This document shows, one piece after another, positions 12,407 to 25,759 of a DNA stretch of 64,000 nucleotides. This stretch comes from Eledone cirrhosa (taxonomy: Eukaryota). The notes under the pieces are model-generated. The model saw only the letters and a list, made by a program, of their open reading frames with translations. It ran no database searches and was not told where the DNA came from. Location: positions 54,622,001-54,686,000 of the forward strand of contig OZ024745.1 of the NCBI GenBank assembly GCA_964016885.1. Reading direction: 5' to 3'. The translations under genes were made by a program, and so were the position numbers. The number at the start of each line of letters is the position of its first letter. Position 1 is the first letter of the stretch.

Positions 12407-14400
12407 GGAAACTGTTGACGAGCATTGTGTCTGAGGAAATCTACCATCACCTCCACACAAACAACTTGTTACCGGACGAACAGAAAGGATGCCGAAAGAA
12501 CTCACCTGGTACAAAGGACCAGTTACTTATTGATAAGATGGTAATGGGGAATTGCAGGAGGAGACACACTGATCTTGCCATGGGATGGATAGACTACAGA
12601 AAGGCATTTGCATGGTGCCTCATTCTTGGATCACCAAAAGCCTGGAGATCTTCAGGGTGGCAGATAACATCAGACAGTTGCTGGGCAGGAGTATGGGGTC
12701 CTGGGAGACAGTTGACATCAACTGGAGTATCCTTGGGAAGCGTGAAGATCAAGAGAGGTATCTTCCAGGGAGATAGCCTGTCCCCTCTGTTGTTTGTCCT
12801 TGCCCTGATGCCCTTGACCATTATGCTGCGAAAAGTGAGAGCAGGATACAAGTTGGGAAAGGGAGAGCTTACCATCAATCACCTCCTCTTCATGGACGAT
12901 CTTAAGCTCTTCGGGAAATGTGAGAAGGAGTTGGATGTGCCTGTTGACACTGTCCGTATTTTCAGCAGTGATATATGTATGCAGTTTGGTATTAGTAAAT
13001 GTGGAGTCATTGTGATGAGGAGGGGTAGGTTGAGCAGAAGTAACGGGATCCAGATACCAACAGGTGAGATGATAAAGGAAATTGACTCTGAGGAAGGATA
13101 CAAGTATTTGGGCATTCTGGAGGCTGATGGCATAAAGAACAAAAAAAATGAAGGAATTGTTAAGAACTGAATACATTCGGAGAGTACGGAGCGTATTGAA
13201 GTCACATCTGAACAGCAGAAATGCCATAAGCGCAGTAAATTCCCGAGCTGTGTCTGTTATTAGGTACAGTGCGGGAATTCTGAGATGGAATGTTGCTGAA
13301 CAAAAAGAAATGGATAGGAAGACTAGGAAGCTATTGACTATCTACAACATGTTCCACAAGAGGAGTGATGTCGATAGACTCTACCTAAGGAGATTTGAGG
13401 GTGGAAGAGGTCTTATCAGCATAGAGGACTGTGTTCAGATGGAGAAAAACAACCTATACAAATACGTGACCTATAGTAAGGAGCCAATGCTCAGAACTGT
13501 ACTGAAGGAGGGGACAGTAGGCCAGGGGATGTCCAAGGAGGAAATAACACCAAGGAGGAAGAGCAGCCTTAAGGGAAAATCCCTTCATAGTACCTTCTTT
13601 GAGAAAACTGAATTTAGAGATCCACAGACATGGAACTGGTTGAGAAGAGGAGACCTCAAAAAGGCTACAGAAGGAATGCTAATGGCTGCGCAGGAGCAGG
13701 CCCTCAAAACGAAGTGGTTGAAGCACCATATTTACAAGGAGGAGGCTAGCCCATTGTGCAGGATCTGTGGAGAGAGAGAGGAGAATGTGGCTCACATTGT
13801 GTCCGAGTGTAAACACCTAGCCCAAACCCACTATAAGAGACACGATGTGATGGGCAGGGTGATCCACTGGCACCTGTGCAAAGTAAACAATTTACCACAT
13901 TCTGAGAAATGGTATGAACATAAGCCAGAGGCGGTGAATGAGAACAATCAGGTGAAGGTGCTGTGGGATTTTAGTATACAGACGGACAAAAAACTGGAAC
14001 ACAATAGACCTGACCTGGTGGTTGTGGACAAAGAAAAAAGATCGTGTCTGATTGTGGATGTTGCTTGCACGTTCGACACGAGAGTGCAAGAGAAGGAGAG
14101 GGACAAAATTAACCGATACCAGGACCTAAAGTGGGAGGTGAAAAGGATTTGGAACTGCCATGAAGTCAAAGTTATCCCGATTGTCATAGGCGCTCTGGGG
14201 ACTATCTCCAAAAGTTTCCAGGGATGGTTAAAGAAAATCGGCCCCTTCACGCTTTTTGGAACGCTTCAAAAGGCATGCTTGCTTGGAACAGCAAGAACCC
14301 TCCGATACGTCCTGAATATCTGAGGCTGCAGGTAGTGGCTTGATATTCATTCCAACGGACTTTCCAGTTAACCAACATCAATGACTGAGATTCAAGGAAT
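12407..14400 (+). mobile_element. 5'-truncated R4/Dong-clade non-LTR retrotransposon (RT + restriction-like endonuclease)
   Basis: Starts mid-RT; short 3'UTR then (AAC)/(TAA)n at 14399-14492; (TAA)n also at the 5' junction. Confidence 0.88.
12415..14323 (+). pseudogene. R4/Dong-like RT-CCHC-RLE coding region, frameshifted
   Basis: EQKGCRK, WIDYRKAF, GIFQGDSLSPLLF, HLLFMDDLKL, YKYLG; CRICG..EENVAHIVSEC, RHD, KVLWDF..TD...HNRPDLVVVD...IVDVA, K..RYQDL. Confidence 0.92.
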
Positions 14401-14409
14401 AACAACAAC

Positions 14410-14492
<83 letters not shown>

Positions 14493-14723
14493 GAAGAAGA
14501 AGAAGAAGATGTAGTAGTAGTTGTAGTAGTAGTAGTAGTAGTAGTAATGGAGTAAATGTGTCGATTGTAAAATGAAATGAGGCATGCAATGGATGAGCTA
14601 AGGTGAGAATTTGACGAAGCCAGGAGATTCCAGATGCAACAGGCTGGAAATAATGGCCTCTATAATACACTCTATTTCACCACAACGTCCTTTCAATTTG
14701 TACGAGGTGGGGCTGAGTTATTC

Positions 14724-14762
<39 letters not shown>

Positions 14763-14890
14763 ACAACAGACGTGTTTGCCGTCAACCACTTTCTTCTCCC
14801 CTCACGTACTCCCCATCCGTATCACTTTTCTCCTCCTGCTCCTTCTCATCAATACCACCACTACCAGCACCACCACCACCACGATCATCT

Positions 14891-14956
<66 letters not shown>

Positions 14957-15017
14957 GCATCATTGTCATCATCATCAGCATCCTTGTCATCATCATCATT
15001 TATCAAGATATGTTATG

Positions 15018-15051
<34 letters not shown>

Positions 15052-15070
15052 CTTATTTATGCTGTTGTGG
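14399..15070. repeat. Compound trinucleotide microsatellites (AAC/AAT/AAG/AGT, then CAT, CAC)
   Basis: Direct reading; explains poly-I/L/H/S/D/M ORFs. Confidence 0.95.
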
Positions 15071-15244
15071 TTATAACTTTTGTTGTTGTTTTGTTGTTGT
15101 TGTTCTCCTCCTTCTATGTCCACATCCTCACCACACACTCCCCCCCCCCCGCACACACACGCACACTAACATGTATATATATATATATACATATATACAA
15201 TATACACACAATCAAACACCCGTATTCACACACACACACACACA

Positions 15245-18200
15245 TATCTATCTATCTAAGGCGGGTAAATTCCCGAGATCCATGGACGAGTTCTCTCCAG
15301 CGGTCTCTGTCCCTCATTATCGCTGCCATTTCCTGCATCTCCAACAGACCAGTGTCTGTCCTTAGGGCATCAACATACGTTAACCTTGGTCTTCCTCTTC
15401 TAGTGTGTCCATGTAGGGGCTCCCAAAGGAGCACTGAGTGCAATGTCAACTCTGGATGTCGGTGAGCATGTCCAGCCAACCTCAGTCTCCTCTGTGTCAC
15501 TTTTGAGCTGACTTTTGGGATGCTCCCATACAACTCTGAGTTTTTCATCTTCAGTGTATACTGATTAATGTTCAGAGCCATCCTCAGCATTCTCGTGTAG
15601 CACCCATCCACCATCTGAGTGAGTTTCTTGGTCAGTGTCCAAGTCTCAGACCCATACAGCAGCACAGAATCCACTACAGCAATGAAGAGGCGGATTTTCA
15701 GGTCTCTACGAAGGTCCGACTTCCACACCGATCTCAAGCTGTGGCACGCCGCCCAGGCCTTGCTCTTCCTCTCAACCACATCATCTTCCGTATTCCCAAT
15801 CTTTGCTCCCAAATACAGGAAGTCCTCAATCAATTCCAGCGGCTTCCCGGCTACATTAGTGATCCCCTCTGGCTTCTCAACATTCTCTACCAGATATTTT
15901 GTTTTAGTCTCATTCATTCTCAACCCCACACTCATCGACACAGTCTCAACCTCCCGCATCAACTCCTCTGCCTCCTTCACTGTATTTGTCACCAAAATTA
16001 TGTCGTCGGCAAATTCAGCATCCGATACCTTTTTCGCCCTAACTCTCCTGCTCTGAGCCGGTGCCACAGTAAAGCCAGAGTCCTGGTGTTTCTCCAGTGC
16101 AAGGCGCACACAATAGTCCACTACGATGATAAAAAGGTAGGGAGCCAATGTATCTCCTTGGAGCACTCCAGCCAGTATCTCAAAGAACTCTGTCATCTCA
16201 TCAGGTGTAATGACTTGGGCTTTGGTGTTGGTGTAGAGCAGTGATATCAGGTCCACTATCTTCTTGGGGATTCTATAAGCCTGTAAGATCTTCATCAGGC
16301 AGTAACGGTCCACAGAATCAAAGGCCTTCCTAAAGTCAATGAAAACCATGACCGCAGGAAGGCACTTTGCTCTAGCTCCCTCTAATACCCTCCTCAGCAT
16401 CAGGATGTGACTAGTGGTTGATCTACCCTCTCTGAAGCCGTTCTGGTTGTCCCTGAGCTTCTTCTACATTTCAGGCTGGATCCTGTTAAGAATCATCCTG
16501 TTGAGGGTCTTTGCCACAAGTGACGTCAGTGAGATCCCCCGGTAGTTGTTGGTGTCAGAGAGATCTCCCTTCTTTGGCACTGGGACGATGTTACTGATCC
16601 TCCACTGATTCGGGGCAACTCCTTTCTCCAGTGCCCCGTTACAGAACCCCAGGATTATATCATCAAAATCACACCTCTTCATCACCTCTGATGCCACTCC
16701 ATCTTCTCCATGAGCCTTGCCCTCCTTGATCCTCTTCTTGGCTCTCTGAAGCTCCTCTCTGGTGAAGGGCTCTGTCTCAACATCCAGTTCCTCAAACAGC
16801 CGCCTGATCTCCCCAGTGCTCTGGGCTGTGGAGGGTGGCTCTCCTAGTAGGGTCCTAAAATGGTCTAGTCATTTCCTCTTCCTATCCTCGGGCCCCGTTC
16901 CCTGGATCTGACTCGAACACCTTCTCTTCCTCCCTGTGATCTCGTTGATGATCTTCCAGCTCTCTTTACATCCAGATCTGTCAACCGCTCTCTCCACACT
17001 TCTGATCTTCTCTATCAGTGCCTCCTCTCTGACCTCAGTGTAAGCGGTACAGAGCTCTTCCCTCATCACCTCCACAGTCTCCATCCTCTCCTCCGTAGGA
17101 TCAGCATAGAATTGGTCCCTGGCAGCTTTCAGGTGTTCTCTGGCTGCACACACTTTTGGGTTTGCAGAGCTGACGTGCTTCCCTTTGTTCTTTTTCCTCG
17201 GCACCAGGGTTTCACTTGCTTCCGCCACTGCATTGGTGAAGTGCCCGTACCTCCTCGTCACACTCTCCTCAGTCCATCCAATCTCTCTCTCCTTTGACTC
17301 TCCACACAGAGCACTAAACCTGTTTCTCACTTCCACTGTGAACCTCTCCTGTAGCTTATCGTCTTCCTTGAAAGCTCCCCAGTCATAGATTGTTCTCCGG
17401 GGCTGAGCCTTGCTCTTTCTTAAGCTCACGCGGACCTCACTCATAACAAGCCGGTGGTCACTACCCAGTGTGCTGAAATAGCTGTATGGTTCCGTGTTCA
17501 GAACACTATTCCGCCACTTTTTCCTCACCAGAATAAAATCAATCTGGGACTTGGACAGGTGCATATCTGAGATGTAGGTCCACATCTTCCCCAGATTCTT
17601 CCTAGATCTTAGGTTGGTCGCCATCAAGTTCGCATCCAGCAGGGTGTCTCTCAGTAGTCTTCCATTTCGGTTGGTGTTGTTATGGAAGTACCAGCAAGGA
17701 TCTTCACTGCCCTCCTTACTCAGATGTGCATTGAAGTCCCCCAAAACAAGCAGGATATTGTGTGCCTGAGTGGTGTTGACAGCTCTACAGACCTCCTCAT
17801 GGAACTCTTCCGCATTCACATCACTGTCCCCCTCGGTTGGACTATAGGCTGAGATGACTGTCAGTCTTGGGTTTCCATTGAAGATCACCCTCAACACTTG
17901 CGGGGAGACAGGCATTATTTCCCTCACCAACAGATTGGTTTTTGCACTGAACACAAAACCCACTCCTCCTACTGCAGCATTTGTTGTGTTCTTCACTGCC
18001 GATGTAGTGATGAGCTGGCTCTTCCTCCCGATCATCACACTCCTCGCGGGCTCATCGTGTAGAATCCTGTGTTCTTGGATCGCAAGTATCTGTATACCAC
18101 TCTCCTCGAACAGATGTCCCAACTCCCCTCTCTTCTCCAGCGTCCGAATAGTCCTCACATTCAAAGTGCCCATTTTGATGGCTCTTCTGCAGGACAAACT

Positions 18201-18560
18201 GCATTCTTTATATTTGTCTCAGAGACAGCTGATCCATCATCCACTGGCCCTCTCTGTGGCTCTAAGCCAGCAGAGTCATAACGACCAGGCTGCTCCTTGA
18301 CAGTGTAATTAGGGGCTCTAACCCTAGTGCTGTTAGATCGACTCTCCATATTTCTTTTCAATGGCTGACAATACCTTACCGGCGCGACTCGAATAAGGTA
18401 GTTATTTAACCCATAAATGGAGCCCTAACAGATACTACCACCCCGGGCGAGGGCAGACCTGGGAGTCATGACAACTAAGGGGTAACTCAACATTCCCCAC
18501 ATCTCCTGAACTCCCGAACTGGAGCCTTGCCACTGGATGTAGTTTAATGTCATACCCAGG

Positions 18561-18561
<1 letters not shown>
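15245..18561 (-). mobile_element. Full-length RTE-like LINE (~3.3 kb) in a (CA)n(TA)n tract
   Basis: About 200-bp 5'UTR, single APE-RT frame, stop codon runs straight into a (TAGA) tail; CACACACACACACATAT on both flanks (probable TSD). Confidence 0.9.
15252..18197 (-). pseudogene. RTE-like APE endonuclease-reverse transcriptase, one frame with two nonsense codons
   Basis: GTLNVRT, IQEHR, AYSPT, GDFNA, SQIDFIL, SDH; NYRGISL, FIDFRKAFD, GVLQGDTLAPYLF, FADD, FLYLG, LLYGSETW. ORFs 16869-18197, 16464-16697 and 15252-16400 share a frame. Confidence 0.93.
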
Positions 18562-18654
<93 letters not shown>

Positions 18655-18908
18655 TTGTGTGTGTGTGTATAATTCTACTGATTTTACTTCTAATTCTGAA
18701 TTCAATTCTAATTTTAACCCTCCACTACCACTTCTATTTCACTTTCATACACATCAGCTTCCATCTGAACGAATAACAAAACACAAAAATATACTATTCT
18801 AAAGGTTTGTTGTCTAGTTAATTTTGATCTAATTTTTTATAGATATCTTACATAACATTATCCTGAAATCCGTGCAACTTAAACAGCTATATAACCCACT
18901 ACTTTATG

Positions 18909-18943
<35 letters not shown>

Positions 18944-19120
18944 CTGCGTGTATGTGCATGCGTGCGTGTGTAAGTGTGTGTGTGTGTGTTCTTGCGTGTG
19001 TATCGTATGAAACATTCAGAAAGTTTCATATTATATGAAGAGTTAATATAAAGTATATATTCATCACACTGTGTTTTATCCTTTATATACTTTTCCTCGT
19101 CGACGCTTCGTATATATTTG

Positions 19121-19154
<34 letters not shown>

Positions 19155-19290
19155 TAAGTATATATATATATATATACATACGTATATATATATACGTATA
19201 TATATATATATAGGTAAGTTATTGCGGGTTCAATCGGGGGTAACCACAGTAAGTAAAGTACTCAATACATAGCAGAGTATAAATGTTTTA

Positions 19291-19404
19291 ATATAGAAAA
19301 GCTTCTACAGGACTAGAACAGTTTCATTCGTGAGAAAACCTCAGGAAGTTCTGATGATTTCTCACGAATGAAACAGTTCTAGTCCCGTAGAAGCTTCTCT
19401 ATAT
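19291..19404. repeat. Inverted repeat (~54-bp arms) with HHR motif in right arm
   Basis: 19291-19344 mirrors 19351-19404; plus strand CTGATGA-tttc(tcac)gaat-GAAAC-agttcta-GTC at 19351-19384. Related motif on minus strand at ~32944-32976. Confidence 0.75.
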
Positions 19405-19411
19405 ACGTATA

Positions 19412-20108
<697 letters not shown>

Positions 20109-20206
20109 TATATACAATTCACTGGATATACTTCACTATCCAGTGAAATTCCAACCGATAAGGTATGATTTTCATGGGTATGTCTCTATTTATAAAACAA
20201 ACTTTG

Positions 20207-20270
20207 TATTTTATCTGATGAAAGCGTACCAATGTTGTCTTGGTACCCTAGAAATATATATAATAAAATA
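20207..20270 (+). ncRNA. Type I hammerhead ribozyme motif (family A)
   Basis: TATTTTAT-CTGATGA-aagcGTACCAA...TTGGTACccta-GAAA-TATATA-TA^-ATAAAATA; perfect 8-bp stem I. Confidence 0.8.
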
Positions 20271-20527
20271 AATATCGTTATATAAATATAGTTTCAATTT
20301 ATTTAATATCATTGAATATTTACTCCAGTAATTTGTTGAGTGCTCTAAATCAGATATAAACATTTATATTTGTCGGACTTCCAATAAATTAAATACCCCT
20401 TCTACATATATATATATACATATTCCCATTTTGACGCTATAGTCACTTATATATTATGAAATACTGTGTGCTTCTTGCTCATAATAATTTCTATACTTTT
20501 CATTTATAAATATATATATATATATAT

Positions 20528-20593
<66 letters not shown>

Positions 20594-21210
20594 CAATGAG
20601 TGAGAGAGAGAGGGTTAGAGAGACAGATTTTGTGTTTACGTGGTAGTTTTATTTATATATTATTTTTGCTGTAGCGTTCGTGATAAAGAACTACATACAC
20701 AACGTACACACACAAACACCTAGATTTATATAGTATACATACATATATACATAAACACATATATATATGTATATTTATGTGTATGTGCATATATATATAT
20801 ACTATATACTATATATATACTATATATATGTGTGTGTGTGTAAGTGTGTGTTTCTGTGTATATTCATATGCACATATACATGTATAACATGTACATGTAT
20901 ATGTGTATTTCAGTGCTTGTGTGCGTGTGTATGCTTGATGCGTTCATAATTACATAATCACACAAACATAGGGCCGATATATTTATGATTTTTTTGACAC
21001 ACATCTGAGATTTACACCCATCGTGAACGTCTAGGAATGCAGTATCGCCAATACTGTAAACTTCAAGCCACATTATTTATCTTAGAAATTTATGGAAAGT
21101 ATATAACCGACGGCTATCTGGTAGATTTCCAAGAAATTTAATGTTGATGTTTTCTTTTCTTCATTTCATAAATCCAGTTTTATATGATACACGTGATCTA
21201 CAGAATAATG

Positions 21211-21313
<103 letters not shown>

Positions 21314-21335
21314 ATTATATATAAATATATATATA

Positions 21336-21405
<70 letters not shown>

Positions 21406-21427
21406 CACATAACTATATATATAAATG

Positions 21428-21632
21428 TATATATATATTTATTTGGTTCCTTTACCGGTTTCGCAGTTCTTCTGCTTTTCAAAAGTAGAGTTGAGATGGA
21501 GGGTCTGTGGTTTTTCTCAAATCTCTGTGATGGAGGGTCTGTGAGAAAAACCACAGACCCTCCACCTCAACTCTACTTTTGAAAAGCAGAAGAACTGCGA
21601 AACCGGTAAAGGAACTAAATAAATATATATAT
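21428..21632. repeat. Inverted repeat (~90-bp arms), each arm with a minimal HHR (U3-A8 core variant)
   Basis: Plus 21576-21611: CTT-TTGAAAA-GCAG(aagaa)CTGC-GAAA-CCGG-TA^-AAG; identical motif on minus strand at 21450-21485. Confidence 0.8.
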
Positions 21633-21986
21633 ATTTTTAAAAATAAGACTCCAGTTGCATTTTCGATTTCATTTTTTTTTCTATATATATATATATAAGA
21701 ATATGTAGGCATGTATATATATATCCATGTATATGTAGGCATATATATATATATATATATACATGCCTACATATACATGTAAGCATGTATACTGAGATAA
21801 GTAGAACTCAACTACCATTTTGGTTTCCTCTGGGAGGCATGAATGTCAAATATATCAGAAATTATGCATGAGTTGCATTACGTTTCACGTAAACAAATCC
21901 TGTGCATGCGTGTGTACATTTCTACACCTGTACACACATACACACACATACACACACAGAAACATACTCAGAAACACACACACACA

Positions 21987-22024
<38 letters not shown>

Positions 22025-22633
22025 GAGTTATACACTGGAAAATTCATTTGCATTTCTCATCTAATTCTTTCTTGCTTACTCAAGTTTAAATATTACGAAT
22101 CTGTGTGTTATTATACCAATGGGTATATTGTTATGCATTGATATCATATTGATATATGCGTATGTATTAGACAGACTAATGTCAATATTTTCCTCTCTTT
22201 CTTTTTACCCACCAATTTTCCCAAAACGGTTAACAAAAGTGACTTACACCCCCTTTATCACTTCTAATTTTTCTCGATCTTCCCTATTTTTTCATTCCAG
22301 ATTTTGCAAAACTTCCTTCAGTCATTTGTGCACATTCTCCTAAATTGACTAAAATCAATTGCTTTTACTTCTTCAAATTTTCTTAACTGTAGGCTGCCAA
22401 AGTTTACAAATCATAATATATAAACCTTAGCTCTCTTTCTATATTATCTTGACGAATTGGCCTAATTTCCCCCAGTTTGACTTTTAACCATCGATTTCTA
22501 AGCCACAATTAGTTACCGTTTCAGCGTACACTCCGATGTTTATTACAATTAATGATGAGGTATTAGAGGTTATTAATGCACAGCCGAAACACTTTGCTTT
22601 TCAATAACACATGCACACACACATATACATCCC

Positions 22634-22667
<34 letters not shown>

Positions 22668-22729
22668 GTGTGTGTACTAAATATACGGAAGTCCACATCA
22701 CCACCAACTCTAAAAACACTCCCTCACCC

Positions 22730-23050
22730 AGATGCTCCTGTAGAAACGCAGTAGCCCGTGGCTGAAGTTACATTCACTCGGCCAAAACATATGTAGGTAA
22801 GTCGGAGGGCCGGTTTAAAGAATGCTTCCTTGACTATCAGACGTTCTTTAGACATTTTGATAAGCGCATATCCACGAAAATACCAAGCCACGTATGGTCA
22901 TTCAAGGATATAGACGGGGAGTTTTCAATTCACTGGAACTTTCTAACCAAATCGAGGCCGTAGTGAAATGGAGCGCTGTCCTGTGGTTGTTCATTGATGA
23001 ACAAGTGAACAACTTGCAGAGGTTACGTAATAGTAATTGCCTTAACACGC
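22730..23050 (+). pseudogene. Decayed Penelope-like GIY-YIG endonuclease fragment
   Basis: Hand translation gives CSCRN...KTYVGKSEGRFKE...FRH...STKIPSHVWSFKD, resembling the PLE YIG..F K.R..H..S.L..H.W pattern. Confidence 0.55.
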
Positions 23051-23072
23051 TGCTCTCTCTCTCTCTTTCCCC

Positions 23073-23146
<74 letters not shown>

Positions 23147-23469
23147 TCTCTCACGCTAGGAATTTTCTATCACGTAACTGGAAGGATGCAGGATAACAGG
23201 AACTGAACTGCCACAAGTGATCGTTCTTCGACGGCTGTTCCACTACAATAGTCTTATTTGAGTTGTCTCTGTTGTCATCAAACTACCGACATCTGCCGCA
23301 CAGAATCCAGCCAGCACATATATACTTCAATTCTCACAATATACATACACGTGTTAAATATATATATATATATATATATATATAACCAAAGATTAATATG
23401 GTTTACTCAATGAATATAGTTATACAATAGATTAAAAGCACTCTACAAAATAGTTTTCTGGAGTTATTA

Positions 23470-23760
23470 ATATTATTCAGAATATTAATGAATGAAGACA
23501 TTCACATAATCAACATATATGTTTTATTATATATATTTCGAAGGTATTGTGCTGTTTTTTCAGTGCCAATACTGTAATTGCTGTTTTTTTTCATTGCCAA
23601 TACTGGAATTGGACCATCGAGACCGTTGAGGTGTATCATACATCAATCCATGTATTTTATCTGACGAGGACGTACTGAAAAAATAGCACAGTACCTTCGA
23701 AATATATATAATAAAACATATATTTTGATTATGTGAATGTCTTCATTCACTAATATTCTG

Positions 23761-23768
<8 letters not shown>
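23470..23768. repeat. Inverted repeat (~95-bp arms), family A
   Basis: 23470-23565 mirrors ~23673-23768; the left arm holds only the 3' half of the HHR. Confidence 0.85.
23653..23718 (+). ncRNA. Type I hammerhead ribozyme motif (family A)
   Basis: TTTTAT-CTGACGA-ggacGTACTG...CAGTACcttc-GAAA-TATATA-TA^-ATAAAA. Confidence 0.8.
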
Positions 23769-23806
<38 letters not shown>

Positions 23807-25759
23807 GTGTGAGTGTGGAGTTGTGAAATTAATTTCGAAAATCAAGGAAACCTAGTAAAAAAGAAAAAAAAAATGCAACAAAAGCCCATTGGTGGAATTT
23901 GAACTCAGATTGGAAAGATCTGAAACAAATAGCATGATACAATTAATTGGACGCTCTACTGATTTGCCAATTCGACGCCTTACTTTCTTATTCCAGTGCT
24001 TGTTCTCTATGCATATATATATATACATTGTGGCAATATGTTGCAATTTTGATACCACAAAAGAGATTTGTGCTGTGAATGTTGCATGAACTACCTTCAG
24101 AACAGAGCACTAATCTAACGCTAAAAATACAAAAAAGCAGATTAAATGTAACTGTTCTGTATTCTGGCAATAAATTAATGTGAGCCGTTGATCAATTCAT
24201 ACCTGAATGGAAAAAATATAGCTCCGTATGAATAACAATAATAGTTGCACCACTGCGTTTACAACCTACTAGAATTGAGTAGAAAAGAATAGAATATATT
24301 TTGCACCTATCACTACTCGTTCAACAGCTCAATCTCTCGTTTGGGAATTATTTCAGTTATGAATGGAACATTAGTGTGCGGATTAATTTGAAAATATCAT
24401 TTTGAGTTCAATGCACTTTAGCAGGATATTGTTATCTTAAATGCACTTTAGTAGAATATTGCTTGCTAAAACCCTGACGTACGACGTTATGTACGGAATA
24501 AAAAGGATGGTGATTCTTTTTTATTCATAAAACGGCGACCGCTATTGCAATAGAGAGAAAGGGAACGATAAGAGATATAGTTATAGAAATAAAGAAAGGG
24601 AGAGATAGAGTAATAGAAATAAAGAAAAGGAGGGATATAGTAATAGAAATAAAGAAAGGTAAATATATAGAAAGAGAAAGAAAATAAGGAGAGTTATAGA
24701 GAAAAGTGAGAATAATGAATTAGAAGATAAAAAACCTAGACGTATAAGGGAAATGGAGAAGAATGGGTGTGTAGCAAAAGAAACAGAAAAAAACAACATA
24801 AATATGAAAGTCTTAATAGAATATAACAGTGAACTAATAAAAATGCAGTGTAGAAAATAAAACAGAGAAAGACAACAGAATATAACTCCAAATAGAAGCA
24901 AAAGTAACAAGAAAACAATAAGCAAAAAAAAAAATAAAAAAAAAATTACATAGAACTAGATATAAGGTAAAAAAAGTAAAGTGAAAACTGAAAGAGTACA
25001 GGGACAAGAAGAAAAGCAATAAATGTCGATAACTTTTGGGAAGATACAATAAAAATTAGTGTTGAGAAGCAGGAGAATACTCGAACAAATCAATTCCAGT
25101 ATGTTAATGGAACATATATTTTATCGATAGCGGAGATGGCTTTCAAATACATTGCTGATCTCAAACTGGATTTGAACTCGAAAAAATAGTAGGACATGAG
25201 ATACTGAAATTTATTTAGTTTGATGACACCTCCTATCGAATATGGGGGAATAAAAAAGTAATACGTACGCATCACGTCTAAAATTTAGGATAAGTGAAAA
25301 CTAATTATTTCGTTCTTTATTTCATCAACGCCGGAAAGGTTCACCTCAGTGCAGTTCTTGAACTGAAAGGTAAAGAGCCTGATCAAATAATGGAAGAAAA
25401 TATATCCGACGCTCTAACTATTCTGTTAATTCAAGTTCGCTGAAATTAAGAAATATTTAGGATTGTTTCTCTCCTCTGACTACGCCAAACTGTTGTATAA
25501 ATCCGCCGCGTGATTTTGATTGAGAACTATCTATTTGTGCAAAAAATGATTCAGAATATTATACTAAAGAAAATAAGATTACATAAGGTAATTAGGTAAA
25601 AGTGGGAACCTATGTGGTGTTATTTGATCAGGTGAAAATATAGTGAAATACATTTGAAAGCCGCTTTCAAAAATGAAAACGTTTTTATAAGTATACCTAA
25701 AATTGTTTAGCATGGATGGAAAATATCTTATCACAGATACTTTTAAACAGGACTTACAG

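Noticed and set aside
18361-18561. HDV-like ribozyme in the RTE 5'UTR (also tried 32040-32200)
   Set aside because: Could not assemble the P1/P1.1/P2/P3/P4 double pseudoknot by eye; only simple hairpins found.
24540-25060. Hydrophobic membrane-protein-like ORFs
   Set aside because: Antisense reading of an A/G-rich low-complexity tract with ~30-bp internal repeats.
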